This document shows positions 10,641-19,878 of a stretch of DNA of 64,000 nt, piece after piece. The position numbers and the translations under genes are program-made. Position 1 is the stretch's first letter, and each line of letters opens with the position of its first letter. The stretch is taken from positions 32,001-96,000 of the forward strand of contig JAGTQC010000002.1 in assembly GCA_018396535.1 (NCBI GenBank), written 5' to 3'. Under the pieces are notes generated by a model. It did not search any database. It saw only the letters and a list, made by a program, of their open reading frames with translations, and was not told where the DNA came from. Source of the DNA: Candidatus Bathyarchaeota archaeon. Lineage in GTDB: Archaea > Thermoproteota > CALKCG01 > B24 > DRYS01.

Positions 10641-11691
10641 ACACTACAACTTTCTCTAAAACCTCCACAGGTATATTCTCGACTATACCGTAGAGTATTA
10701 TTCTAAGATTCCTCGCTTCAACCCATTTAAGATTTATATATGAAAGCAGCCAGCCTATATGAGATAGGGATGGATACCTTTTAACGATCTCTCTACTAAA
10801 CCTAGCTATAAGCTTCATCATCTCATTATCGATTAGAGATATACTATTTCTAAGCCTATAATCTTCGAATACTTTACTTAGTAGATATCCATAGATACCT
10901 CTTTTAATTATACTAAATACATCATCGATATCTTTAGATCTAAGCATATCAATAAGATCTGCCTCACTGATAGTATAGTATATAGGTATTATAAACTCAC
11001 GTATATCATCAAAACTTAATCCAAGCTTCTTACCTCTAAGTATAGTTCTAATATTTAGAAGATCCGCCTCTAAGCCTAGAAATCCTTCAGCTATTTTTCT
11101 ATCTAAATGTTTAAGTATCCTTTCTTTCATAAACCAAAGTTTTAGATAGACATGCTTATCTAGATCAGAATCTATGAATATATACGAGTCACCCCTATCC
11201 AAATACTTCCTAATTATGTTACTATAATCGATACCGTCCAATAAGCGTAATAACCCTTCTATATCTCTAGATTTCTCGAAAATATTATAATAGTCATCGA
11301 GAGTTAACCCTAAGGGTACTGGTACTATATATCTAACTATCTCCTTAGGATTCATCTTCAAAAATAACCCTTTTATGATAACTTTCATATTCTCAACTTC
11401 AAATCTATCTAAAAAATTAACTATAAAATTATATGCATTTTTAGGAGAATATCTTATAATAACCATTATATCATCAAACAAACTTTTCAAAATGATACCT
11501 TCCATTAATTGTAGATTAACTTCTCTAACATCCTTAATATACTGATTATATACTGTTTTAGATAATATATTAATATATTCATCAATACTCCTAGTTTTAA
11601 TTAGTTTAATGTATATATCTCTTTCTAGTAATCTACTATACATAGCTTTAATTTTAGCTGCTATAAAATTGTAATTTAAATTGATAGACAT
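10627..11691 (-). CDS. atpC: A/V-type ATP synthase subunit C
   Basis: AKIKAMYSRLL, FEVENMKVIIKG, DLLNIRTILRGK, EARNLRII; AT-rich. Confidence 0.88.
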   Translation of the reverse strand: MSINLNYNFIAAKIKAMYSRLLERDIYIKLIKTRSIDEYINILSKTVYNQYIKDVREVNLQLMEGIILKSLFDDIMVIIRYSPKNAYNFIVNFLDRFEVENMKVIIKGLFLKMNPKEIVRYIVPVPLGLTLDDYYNIFEKSRDIEGLLRLLDGIDYSNIIRKYLDRGDSYIFIDSDLDKHVYLKLWFMKERILKHLDRKIAEGFLGLEADLLNIRTILRGKKLGLSFDDIREFIIPIYYTISEADLIDMLRSKDIDDVFSIIKRGIYGYLLSKVFEDYRLRNSISLIDNEMMKLIARFSREIVKRYPSLSHIGWLLSYINLKWVEARNLRIILYGIVENIPVEVLEKVVVFNEV

Positions 11692-11708
11692 ATCAAATCC
11701 CTCATAAT

Positions 11709-12215
11709 TTATTTTAAAACTTCCTCTACTATATTGATACCTCTTTTATAAATCCCTACATTCCTTTTAAGTATATCTATTTTTACTAAAATTTTTGATT
11801 CATATTTTTGAGAATTAATTTTCCCCTTTACCATATCTAGCTTTATAAAGAAATCATTACGTATCCTATTATAATATTCTGCATATCTTAATCTACTTCT
11901 TATCTTATTAAAGATGGAGCCTATATAGACGTTAACTTTATCCTGTATCTTCTGTATATTATTTATAGCTTCTTCCTTAACATTTTTAATATCGTTTTCT
12001 GATCTCATTTTAATATCCTCTATTTTTTGAATACTATTTTCTATCTTTATTAAAGAATCCTTTGATTCTACATTAGTAGCTAATCTATTTAATACGAATT
12101 TCATTTTAGCTTTATTCTCATCTAGTTTATCTATATATTTTAGTATTCCTAACGCTTTATTAATCCTGAATATAAATTTCCAATCAGTAATGCCTTCTTC
12201 CTTCGGCATCCACAC
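11709..12215 (-). CDS. AT-rich helical hypothetical protein inside the ATP synthase operon
   Basis: 168-aa open frame co-oriented between atpD and atpC. Confidence 0.55.
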   Translation of the reverse strand: MWMPKEEGITDWKFIFRINKALGILKYIDKLDENKAKMKFVLNRLATNVESKDSLIKIENSIQKIEDIKMRSENDIKNVKEEAINNIQKIQDKVNVYIGSIFNKIRSRLRYAEYYNRIRNDFFIKLDMVKGKINSQKYESKILVKIDILKRNVGIYKRGINIVEEVLK

Positions 12216-12283
12216 TCTATGGAGAGGATAGAGCTTATATTCGTAAATAAAGCTTTTCTACAAATTTTTAGCCTACCTTGATT

Positions 12284-12904
12284 CTAGCTTTGCTGTTCAC
12301 CTACTATACGTTCTATCCTGAATAAGTGTTCACGCTCCATCTCCTCCAATCTGAATTCTATGAATGCTATATCTCTTCTAAGCCTTGGTATAACTATATG
12401 TTCGAGAGCGTTAACTCTACGTTTAATCTTCTCTAGCTCAGCGGCTAGAGCTTTCACCGTAGCTTCTATCTCAGCTACCTTAACCATAACCTTTAACGTA
12501 TCCTCCATCATTGATACCGCTTCATCTAGATATGTTGTTGTCCCTATAAGACTGTATGATGCTCTCCTCTCCCCTCCAGCTTCCTCTACCAGGTTGAATA
12601 CAGGTGTTTCTACACCCATAATCCTCCTTCTATCTATCTCTATCCTAAATCTTGTAGGTGTCTTTATAGCTAATCCTAGCAGTCCACTACGCCCCATAGT
12701 CGCTTCGGCTAGACTAAAGGATTGGTAGGCTTTCCTAAGTTTAATCTCCATCTCATCTATCAACCCTCTAGCTCTAGATATTGTAGATAGGATCTCCATA
12801 GCTAGGATAGTCCTCTTCTCCTCTAGTAGAGATTTAGCTCTCTCAGCTATACCTAGTAGCCTCTTAAGTCTTAGAAGCTCCATCCTAGTAACGTTTACAC
12901 TCAA
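12284..12904 (-). CDS. atpD: A/V-type ATP synthase subunit D
   Basis: TRMELLRLK, KRRVNALEHIVIP, LEEMERE. Confidence 0.95.
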   Translation of the reverse strand: MSVNVTRMELLRLKRLLGIAERAKSLLEEKRTILAMEILSTISRARGLIDEMEIKLRKAYQSFSLAEATMGRSGLLGLAIKTPTRFRIEIDRRRIMGVETPVFNLVEEAGGERRASYSLIGTTTYLDEAVSMMEDTLKVMVKVAEIEATVKALAAELEKIKRRVNALEHIVIPRLRRDIAFIEFRLEEMEREHLFRIERIVGEQQS

Positions 12905-12907
12905 ACC

Positions 12908-13228
12908 TTAGATCGCCACCTCGAATCCTATAGCTCTCTTAACAATCTCTCTTAAAGTATCTGTAGCCTTAGCTGGTATACCCCTCCTATCTGGGAATGT
13001 TATAGGTGTAACCATCTTAAGATTTACAGCTAGCTCTTCGAAACCATCTATAGAAGAAGCTATCTTATCCGATATTAAAGCTAATACGTAATCCTCCCCC
13101 TTCTCAAACTGCTCTAGGATCCTCCTAGCTTCGTTTGGATCTACTACACTATATGTTTCGCCTACCCCTGCTAAACGGAATAACGTACATGTCTCTTCAT
13201 CAGCTATCACGATTATCCTACCTGGCAA
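12908..13228 (-). CDS. atpF: A/V-type ATP synthase subunit F
   Basis: IADEETCTLFRLAGV, IVKRAIGF. Confidence 0.9.
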   Translation of the reverse strand: MPGRIIVIADEETCTLFRLAGVGETYSVVDPNEARRILEQFEKGEDYVLALISDKIASSIDGFEELAVNLKMVTPITFPDRRGIPAKATDTLREIVKRAIGFEVAI

Positions 13229-13231
13229 ATA

Positions 13232-13858
13232 CTAAACCCCCATAAATAGTATCCTAGCTAGCATAGGTTGAAGCTTAGGCTTCAACCTTTCGAATACAGC
13301 TTCAAGACTCCCATCGATCTCTACACTTCCATCAAGCCTCCTAACTACCACACCCCACCTACTCTTTAATCTACTATCAGAAACTCTTATAGTGGTAGGG
13401 ATGCCTACGGTAGCTTCAACCCTTTCAGCTATTCTATCGATATCTAACTTAAACCCTCTATCATCCTCTGATAATACAACTTCAAGATCTCCTCCACCAG
13501 CTAGAACGCCATACTCGTATATCCTATCCTCGAGGAACCTCCTATACCTATCGTCCCTAGGCATATTCTCCAACCTCCTAGCTGCTTCTCGAAGAACATC
13601 CTCTATCAGCTTATTCTTCTCCACAATCTCCATCCATTTAGCTCTCATCCTAGCATCGACTAATATACGCCGTTTAAGATATGCAGCTTCGACCTCAGCC
13701 TTCATAATTATAGATGAAGCTTCTCTTCTAGCAGCTTCGATAGCCTCCCTCCTCCTAGCTTCGATCATAGCTTTAGCCTCCCTCTCAGCTTCATCTATAA
13801 TCCTCTGAGCTTTAACCCTAGCATCCTCTATTATACGATTAACTAGCGGATCGATCAT
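13232..13858 (-). CDS. atpE: A/V-type ATP synthase subunit E
   Basis: N-terminal coiled coil, GVVVRRLDGSVEIDGS, C-terminal ARILF. Confidence 0.88.
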   Translation of the reverse strand: MIDPLVNRIIEDARVKAQRIIDEAEREAKAMIEARRREAIEAARREASSIIMKAEVEAAYLKRRILVDARMRAKWMEIVEKNKLIEDVLREAARRLENMPRDDRYRRFLEDRIYEYGVLAGGGDLEVVLSEDDRGFKLDIDRIAERVEATVGIPTTIRVSDSRLKSRWGVVVRRLDGSVEIDGSLEAVFERLKPKLQPMLARILFMGV

Positions 13859-14196
13859 AAACTACCCTCCATAACCTCCTTCAATACGAGCTTCACAGCC
13901 TCCTCAAACCTATCCCTAGCCTTCGCTCTCAATTCATCTAGCATCTCCTCAGCCTTTACTAATATACTAGATGCCTCCCTCTCAGCTTCAACCCTAGCAT
14001 CCTCTATTATCCTAGAAGCCTCCTCCTCCATCCTCTTTACCTCTTCAAGATACGCCTCCCTATAGATTCTATGAGAGCTCGATTGAGCCTCCTCCAATAT
14101 CTTATCAGCTCTATCCTGAGCTTCCTCTATAAGTGCTCGAACATCTTCCTCAACCTCTCTAAGTTTCATAATAATAGCTGCGAAATCCTCCGTCAA
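13855..14196 (-). CDS. atpH: A/V-type ATP synthase subunit H/G (peripheral stalk)
   Basis: E/A/R-rich helix, 113 aa, first gene of the H-E-F-D run. Confidence 0.75.
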   Translation of the reverse strand: MTEDFAAIIMKLREVEEDVRALIEEAQDRADKILEEAQSSSHRIYREAYLEEVKRMEEEASRIIEDARVEAEREASSILVKAEEMLDELRAKARDRFEEAVKLVLKEVMEGSL

Positions 14197-14456
14197 TCCC
14201 GATACCTAGAAGAGTTAGGTTTGAATACATATAAAGGTTACCTCCATAAGCATAGCGTTACGGTATTCGAATCATGTAATCCTCAGTAGTATAGAGCTTT
14301 ACTTAACAGTTAGCGATTAAATCGATAATCTACCTACGATTCGATAGAGGGATTAAGATATGACCTGGATAGAGGATAACGATAACTATACTATGCAGCG
14401 AGTAACTACCAATAAATCTAATCTAACTATAACGGGTAGAAGATATCTATACTGAA

Positions 14457-14580
14457 TGGTCCCGCGGGCAGGATTTGAACCTGCGACCATCCGGTTTCTG
14501 TCACCTGGAAGGCTGGTATACTCCGCCTAGCTTAGGCGGGGCCTACAGCCGGACGCTCTTCCAGGCTGAGCTACCGCGGG
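14457..14580 (-). tRNA. tRNA-Tyr(GTA) with a 47-nt intron at 37/38 (14496-14542), CCA encoded
   Basis: CCCGCGG/CCGCGGG acceptor stem with C1-G72, anticodon arm TCCGG CT GTA G|A CCGGA, GTTCAAATC T-loop, CTGT/ACAG BHB helix. Confidence 0.95.
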
Positions 14581-14666
14581 ACCTATCTATAGTTTGCGTA
14601 TCCGGATACTGATAAGCTTTATCCACAACTACTCTATGCTACATTTCGTAGAGGTGGCTCCTAGAT

Positions 14667-15758
14667 ATGTATTTCGATGAGGAGAGTATATCTATACTCA
14701 AATCGCTATGCGACTCATTCGGTCCAGCTGGGTTTGAGAGGGAGACTGCATCGATAGTGAAGAAGGAGGCTTCGAAATATGCTGATAGCGTACTGACTGA
14801 TAAGCTTGGATCTGTAATATTCGTTAAGAGAGGATTATCGGATAAGCCTAGAGTACTCATAGCTGGGCATATAGATGAAGTCGGATTCGTAGTTTCAGGT
14901 ATAGATAAGGATACTGGCTTTCTATCATTCGATCCTCTAGGCGGATGGTTCGATCAAACACTACTATCCCAAAGGGTTGTGGTTAGAACTCGTAAAGGAG
15001 ATCTGATAGGCGTTATAGCTGCTAAACCACCACATATACTTACACCTGAGGAGAGGGATAAGGTTGTCAAGATAAGCGATATGTTCATAGATATAGGCGT
15101 ATCGAGTAGGGAGGAGGCTGAAGCTCTAGGTGTTAGGATAGGGGATCCGATAATTCCATGGTCTCCGTTCACTTTGATAAATGGTGGTAGAGTAGCTATA
15201 GGTAAAGCCTTCGATGATAGGATAGGAGCATTCATAGCTTTAGAAGTAGTTAAAAGATTTAGGATGGGATCCGTCGATCATCCGAATACAATCTATGGAG
15301 CAGCTACAGTCCAAGAGGAGGTTGGGTTAAGGGGTGCTACAACGGTAGCCCACGTCGTTAACCCAGATGTAGCTATAGTAGCAGAGGTAGATATAGCGGG
15401 AGATATACCTGATGTTAAACCATCAGTAGCGCCAGCTAAGCTTGGTAGAGGACCTACCATAGTTACATACGATAACTCCATGATACCCAACCAGCTTTTT
15501 AAAGAATTCGTTATAAACGTAGCTGAGAAATGTGGGATACCCTACCAGCTTAGCCATGCTAGAGGGGGTACGGATGCTGGTAGAATCCATATAAGTAGAG
15601 CTGGATGCCCTAGTATAGTTATAGGAGTCCCTACGAGACATATCCATACACATACATCTATGGTGAACCTCTCAGATCTAGCTAACGCAGTAAAGCTTGT
15701 ATACGAGGTGGTTAGAAGATTAGATCAGAAGATTGTAGATAGTTTCACAAGCTTCTAG
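14667..15758 (+). CDS. M42 family (TET) aminopeptidase
   Basis: GHIDEVG, KAFDDR, TVQEEVGLRGA, GGTDAG, RHIH. Confidence 0.92.
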   Translation: MYFDEESISILKSLCDSFGPAGFERETASIVKKEASKYADSVLTDKLGSVIFVKRGLSDKPRVLIAGHIDEVGFVVSGIDKDTGFLSFDPLGGWFDQTLLSQRVVVRTRKGDLIGVIAAKPPHILTPEERDKVVKISDMFIDIGVSSREEAEALGVRIGDPIIPWSPFTLINGGRVAIGKAFDDRIGAFIALEVVKRFRMGSVDHPNTIYGAATVQEEVGLRGATTVAHVVNPDVAIVAEVDIAGDIPDVKPSVAPAKLGRGPTIVTYDNSMIPNQLFKEFVINVAEKCGIPYQLSHARGGTDAGRIHISRAGCPSIVIGVPTRHIHTHTSMVNLSDLANAVKLVYEVVRRLDQKIVDSFTSF

Positions 15759-16335
15759 ATCTAACATAGACGTATATGAATCTCTGTATCGATGTAATCG
15801 TAGCTACTACAGCTACCACTATCACAGCTATACCTGGATACCCAAACATCGTTAGAAAGCTTAGGATAAGTATACGTTCAGCTCTCTCACCCAAGCCAAC
15901 CCCTGCAAGATTTATACCGATAGATTCAGCTCTAGCTCTCATATAGCTTGTTAGAAAGCTTCCTATCAAAGCTATAAGACCAGCATGAATACTACATAAA
16001 CCACCTAGCATAATACCACCTAGTATTATAGACTCTTCCACCCGATCCACAGTAGAATCTAGGAAAGCTCCAAATCTAGATACTCTATTAGTTAATCTAG
16101 CTACCGCTCCATCGAGCGCATCCATAAATCCTGATAATAGTATTAGTATACCAGCATAGGGGAGGAGGCTAGATCCATAGATGTATAATATACAGCCTGA
16201 TGCAGAAGCAAAGAGTAGACCTAGTAGACATATAGATCCAGGTGTAAGCTTAAGCTTAACAGCTATCTCCGCTACCGAATCTATATACCCTGCTACTATC
16301 CGTCTTATACGTTCAAGCAATCCTAGATATAACAT
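15745..16335 (-). CDS. CDP-alcohol phosphatidyltransferase (archaetidylinositol-phosphate synthase-like)
   Basis: DALDGAVAR...GAFLDSTVDR, SYMRARAES, GERAER. Confidence 0.9.
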   Translation of the reverse strand: MLYLGLLERIRRIVAGYIDSVAEIAVKLKLTPGSICLLGLLFASASGCILYIYGSSLLPYAGILILLSGFMDALDGAVARLTNRVSRFGAFLDSTVDRVEESIILGGIMLGGLCSIHAGLIALIGSFLTSYMRARAESIGINLAGVGLGERAERILILSFLTMFGYPGIAVIVVAVVATITSIQRFIYVYVRSRSL

Positions 16336-16379
16336 TAATTAAACCCTATAAAGATAGCTAAACCTTACTTAGCTACTAT

Positions 16380-16856
16380 ATGTCTAGAGGCGTCTACACA
16401 CTTATTCTAGCATTATACTCAGGGAAATCTATAAGAGTAGGCAGACTCGGAGTACTAACCTTCGATAAAGGCTTCTACGCTTACACTGGATCCGCTATGG
16501 GTAAAGGAGGATCCAGCTTAGAAAATAGGATTGCTAGATATCTACGTAGAAGTATAGATAAACCATTCTGGCATATAGATTACCTCCTAATGGAGGCTGA
16601 ATCGGAGGCTGTAATCTACGCTGTATGCGAGCAGAGCTTCGAGCATAGGATAGCATCAGAGTTATCTAGAAGAGTAAAACCGATCGACGATTTCGGTTCA
16701 TCAGATTGTAGATATGAGTGTAGAGCTCACCTACACTATCTAGGTTTAGATATATCCCATGCTATGAATACGGTATTATCCATTTATACAAGCTTAAACC
16801 TAGAACCCAGGGTGATATACCCTAACAGAGATATTTTTAAACAGAGGGAGTTATAG
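16380..16856 (+). CDS. GIY-YIG (Uri/DUF123) nuclease family protein
   Basis: GVYTL, YAYTGSA, WHIDYL, FGSSDCxxxCxAHL. Confidence 0.85.
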   Translation: MSRGVYTLILALYSGKSIRVGRLGVLTFDKGFYAYTGSAMGKGGSSLENRIARYLRRSIDKPFWHIDYLLMEAESEAVIYAVCEQSFEHRIASELSRRVKPIDDFGSSDCRYECRAHLHYLGLDISHAMNTVLSIYTSLNLEPRVIYPNRDIFKQREL

Positions 16857-16881
16857 TATAGCAGTAGTGGAGGGATAGGCT

Positions 16882-17309
16882 ATGAGTAGACCTTCAGATA
16901 TAGGTTCGATTAAACCAGGTATGTATGTAGTTATAGATGGGGAGCCATGCAGAGTTTTATCTGTAGATAAATCTAAACCCGGAAAAGCCTAGTAGGTGCT
17001 CGAAGCCTCTAGGCTCCGAAACATGGAAGCGCGAAAGCAAGGATAGTAGGCATAGGATTATTCGATAATGTTAAGAGATCTATAGTAGCACCAGTAGATG
17101 CAACTATCGATATACCTATAGTAGATAAGAGAGTTGGGCAGGTAATATCGATCATGGGGGATAGTGTTCAACTCATGGATTCAGAAACATACGAAACATT
17201 CGAATTGAATATACCAGAAGACCTTGAAGGAAGAGATAGATTAGCTCCAGGAGTAGAAGTCGAGTATTGGAGGATTATGGGCAGAAATAAGCTCGTGAGA
17301 GTTAAGTAA
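16882..17309 (+). CDS. eif5a: translation factor aIF-5A, two exons (16882-16985 + 17021-17309), 130 aa after splicing
   Basis: exon 1 [34 protein letters not shown]; exon 2 [15 protein letters not shown]...[13 protein letters not shown]...VEYWRIMG; removing 35 nt restores SKPGKHGSAK. Confidence 0.93.
16986..17020 (+). other. putative bulge-helix-bulge intron in aIF-5A mRNA (35 nt)
   Basis: CGGA/TCCG 4-bp helix, two AAA bulges, GCCTAG/CTAGGC 6-bp intron stem; carries in-frame TAG TAG and shifts frame. Confidence 0.85.
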
Positions 17310-17354
17310 ACCCTTTATATCCGCATCATCTATAAAGTTATACCTGATTAAAGT

Positions 17355-17429
17355 GGGCCGGTAGCTCAGCCTGGTCAGAGCGTCCGGCTGATAACCGGAA
17401 GGTCGAGAGTTCGAATCTCTCCCGGCCCA
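17355..17429 (+). tRNA. tRNA-Ile(GAT), no intron, CCA not encoded
   Basis: GGGCCGG/CCGGCCC acceptor stem, TCCGG CT GAT AA CCGGA, GTTCGAATC. Confidence 0.96.
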
Positions 17430-17704
17430 CTCTACCATACTTTTTCCCCGGATACTACCATTGCAATATCATATATTCTTCGAAGCAAGACTTTAACAAC
17501 CTTGTAAATGTATTCATAACCTTTCACATAAAAGTAATTCAACTGGATAGCTAGGATAGTATCGATAATCCCTAAACCTAGGTATCTATAGGAGATTCGA
17601 GATCTCATCGATGACGAAATTTATAGTTGAAGCGGGTAGAAAGAATCTGATGAATAATTTTTAGATCAATAGATTTTTACCACACACTATACTTAACTAA
17701 TGTT

Positions 17705-18256
17705 ATGCTTCGCTATCCTGCTCTACTATTATCCATCATATCGTTATCGATCCCACTCATCTCCATAGCCGTATCCATAGCAGCTTCAGATTGGTTTAGT
17801 ATAGCGGATAATGCCTTAAGCGATCTAGGCCATGCTATACGTAGCCCTGTAGCCCCCATATTCAACTTCGGGTTGAGTTTAGGTGGCCTCCTAGTATCCA
17901 TAGTATCGGTACTACATTTTAACAGAATGCATAAGGTACTATCTATAGGTGGAGCTCTAGTAGGGTATACGTTGATACTAGTCGCCGTCTTTGATGAAGT
18001 CTATCAGAATCTACACTTCACGGTATCTGTAGCATTCTTTCTATCTTTAGCATTCATGCTCTTAATCTACACATACCTATACAGGAACCCGCTATCCTTA
18101 CTCGCTTTAACCCTAGGATTACTATCATGGATGCTACACTTATACTATAGGATACCTAGAGGTGCTGCGATACCTGAGCTCATTTCGATAGCTGTGGTTA
18201 TACCATTCTATATAGATCTAGCTAGGAGAGTGGATCTAGCTATGTATGATCCATAA
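17705..18256 (+). CDS. DUF998-like membrane protein
   Basis: WFS...NALSDLG, FNFGL, LVAVFDE, LHFTVSVAFF, AIPEL. Confidence 0.75.
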   Translation: MLRYPALLLSIISLSIPLISIAVSIAASDWFSIADNALSDLGHAIRSPVAPIFNFGLSLGGLLVSIVSVLHFNRMHKVLSIGGALVGYTLILVAVFDEVYQNLHFTVSVAFFLSLAFMLLIYTYLYRNPLSLLALTLGLLSWMLHLYYRIPRGAAIPELISIAVVIPFYIDLARRVDLAMYDP

Positions 18257-18270
18257 TTATACCTCTAACA

Positions 18271-18798
18271 TTATCCAGCCCCACTTACCTCCTTCTCTAG
18301 ATTCACTATATCGCTGGGCTTCAATATAGAGATACCCGTCATCGGACCTACGATCTCTATGAGTACTATCTTATCTGGATTCTCTAAATCAACCTTCCTA
18401 TCTATCAATTTAGCAGCCTCGACTATGATTTCCCTACTACCTAGTTGCGTATGCCTCTTCTCGATAGTTATACGGAACTTCTCGTTCTCCTTTATCATAT
18501 CCTTCAGCTCCCTAACAGCATCAACTATAGCTTCAATCCTAGACTGTACATACCTCTGTATAGGTATAATCCTCTTAACAACCCCTACCCTATCAGGGTT
18601 CGCTTTTACATAATCCCTAATCCTCCTAACAGCCTCTATAGGATCAAGTCTAGTTTTAGCTAGTATGAGACCGCTAATATCTGTCTCCCATGCTTCAGCT
18701 TCACTATCCCCTACTTCTGATAAAAGATCCTTTATATTATAGACAGCATCGAATTCCATTCCTCTCGGACAGGTTACTATAAGGTTAAACTCCCTCAT
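18271..18798 (-). CDS. THUMP-domain RNA-binding protein
   Basis: KFRITIEKR, KVDLENPDKIVLIEI. Confidence 0.85.
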   Translation of the reverse strand: MREFNLIVTCPRGMEFDAVYNIKDLLSEVGDSEAEAWETDISGLILAKTRLDPIEAVRRIRDYVKANPDRVGVVKRIIPIQRYVQSRIEAIVDAVRELKDMIKENEKFRITIEKRHTQLGSREIIVEAAKLIDRKVDLENPDKIVLIEIVGPMTGISILKPSDIVNLEKEVSGAG

Positions 18799-18877
18799 AA
18801 CACCAATATTATGTTGATCTATCTAGAATATTAAGGATTAAATCTACATCTATAGAATAGGGAGGTAACCAGTATAG

Positions 18878-19870
18878 ATGCGGAGAGCATCGATCATAGT
18901 ACCTGTCAAAAACTGCGAATCAACTATATCCGATCTACTATCATCCATAGCGAACTTAGATTATCCTAAAGATCTACTTGAAGTTATAGTAGTCGACGGC
19001 GGATCGACCGATAGAACGATCGAAATAGCATCTAGATACCCAGTAGAGATAATAGAGGAGCCAGGATTAGGCCCTGGATATGGTAGGATGATTGGGGTTA
19101 AACATTCTAGAGGCGATATACTAGCATTTACAGATGGAGATTGTATAGTTCCTAGCGGATGGCTGAAGACTATATCTAAAGATCTTGAAGATTCGACAAT
19201 AGGTTGTGTAGGTGGAAGTGTACTACTGGATAGACGTTATAGTATAGGCTTCTCAGCTAGATACTTTGAAGAATCCATCATAAGAGTCATGCCCCTCTCA
19301 CACGAAAGAAGAATATACCATACACTTCTACCATTTAAACATCTTGCTTTCGCAAATCTAGCTACTAGGAGAGATGTTCTCGAAGCTGTAGGAGGCATAG
19401 ATACGGTATTCAAAACATTCGAGGATATGGATCTATTACAACGTATATGCGACCATGGCTATAAGATTCTCTTCGATCCAGACGTCTATGTATGGCATAA
19501 GCATAGACAGACTATTAAAGGATTATTGAAACAGGTCTATAACTATGGAGCTGGTGGCCCCAGATTTAGAAGAAAGCATCCGCGAAGCGTGATAACACGA
19601 TGGTATAGAGCTGGACTCCTCCTATTCTATTCCATGCTATCAATTATAGCTATCAGTACAGCATTATCCCCTATCTATGGACTCGCATCATCGTCACCCA
19701 TAGTCTTAGGATACATTGGCAGTCTCATCCATTATTTTCGAAAAACCAACTCTATGGTGAAATCTATAGTATACCCCGCGATAGATATAGCTGTGATAGT
19801 AGCCTTCTGTATAGGGGATACCGTATCGAATCTGAAAACACTATATAGCAGATCTAAGAATAAGAAATAG
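18878..19870 (+). CDS. GT2 glycosyltransferase
   Basis: SIIVPVKN, VVDGGSTDRT, FTDGD, ED motif, C-terminal TMs. Confidence 0.88.
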   Translation: MRRASIIVPVKNCESTISDLLSSIANLDYPKDLLEVIVVDGGSTDRTIEIASRYPVEIIEEPGLGPGYGRMIGVKHSRGDILAFTDGDCIVPSGWLKTISKDLEDSTIGCVGGSVLLDRRYSIGFSARYFEESIIRVMPLSHERRIYHTLLPFKHLAFANLATRRDVLEAVGGIDTVFKTFEDMDLLQRICDHGYKILFDPDVYVWHKHRQTIKGLLKQVYNYGAGGPRFRRKHPRSVITRWYRAGLLLFYSMLSIIAISTALSPIYGLASSSPIVLGYIGSLIHYFRKTNSMVKSIVYPAIDIAVIVAFCIGDTVSNLKTLYSRSKNKK

Positions 19871-19878
19871 AATTAAGC

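Noticed and set aside
14496-14542. Box C/D guide RNA within the tRNA-Tyr intron
   Set aside because: No RTGATGA box C and no CTGA box D
16380-16856. GIY-YIG gene as a homing endonuclease for the adjacent intron
   Set aside because: It looks like the widespread archaeal DUF123/Uri family and lies outside the intron; adjacency alone is not evidence
16882-17309. aIF-5A as a pseudogene or programmed frameshift
   Set aside because: Both exons are intact and the insert has precise BHB geometry whose excision restores the invariant motif; a simple frameshift would leave extra residues in the hypusine loop
17241-17438. ORF antisense to tRNA-Ile (likewise 28946-29134 over tRNA-Gly) and the many short antisense ORFs in the track
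   Set aside because: Shadows of tRNAs or of well-supported genes on the opposite strand
17610-17650. Possible C/D sRNA (ATGACGA...CTGA)
   Set aside because: Short, no clear C'/D' pair, AT-rich guides with no identifiable target
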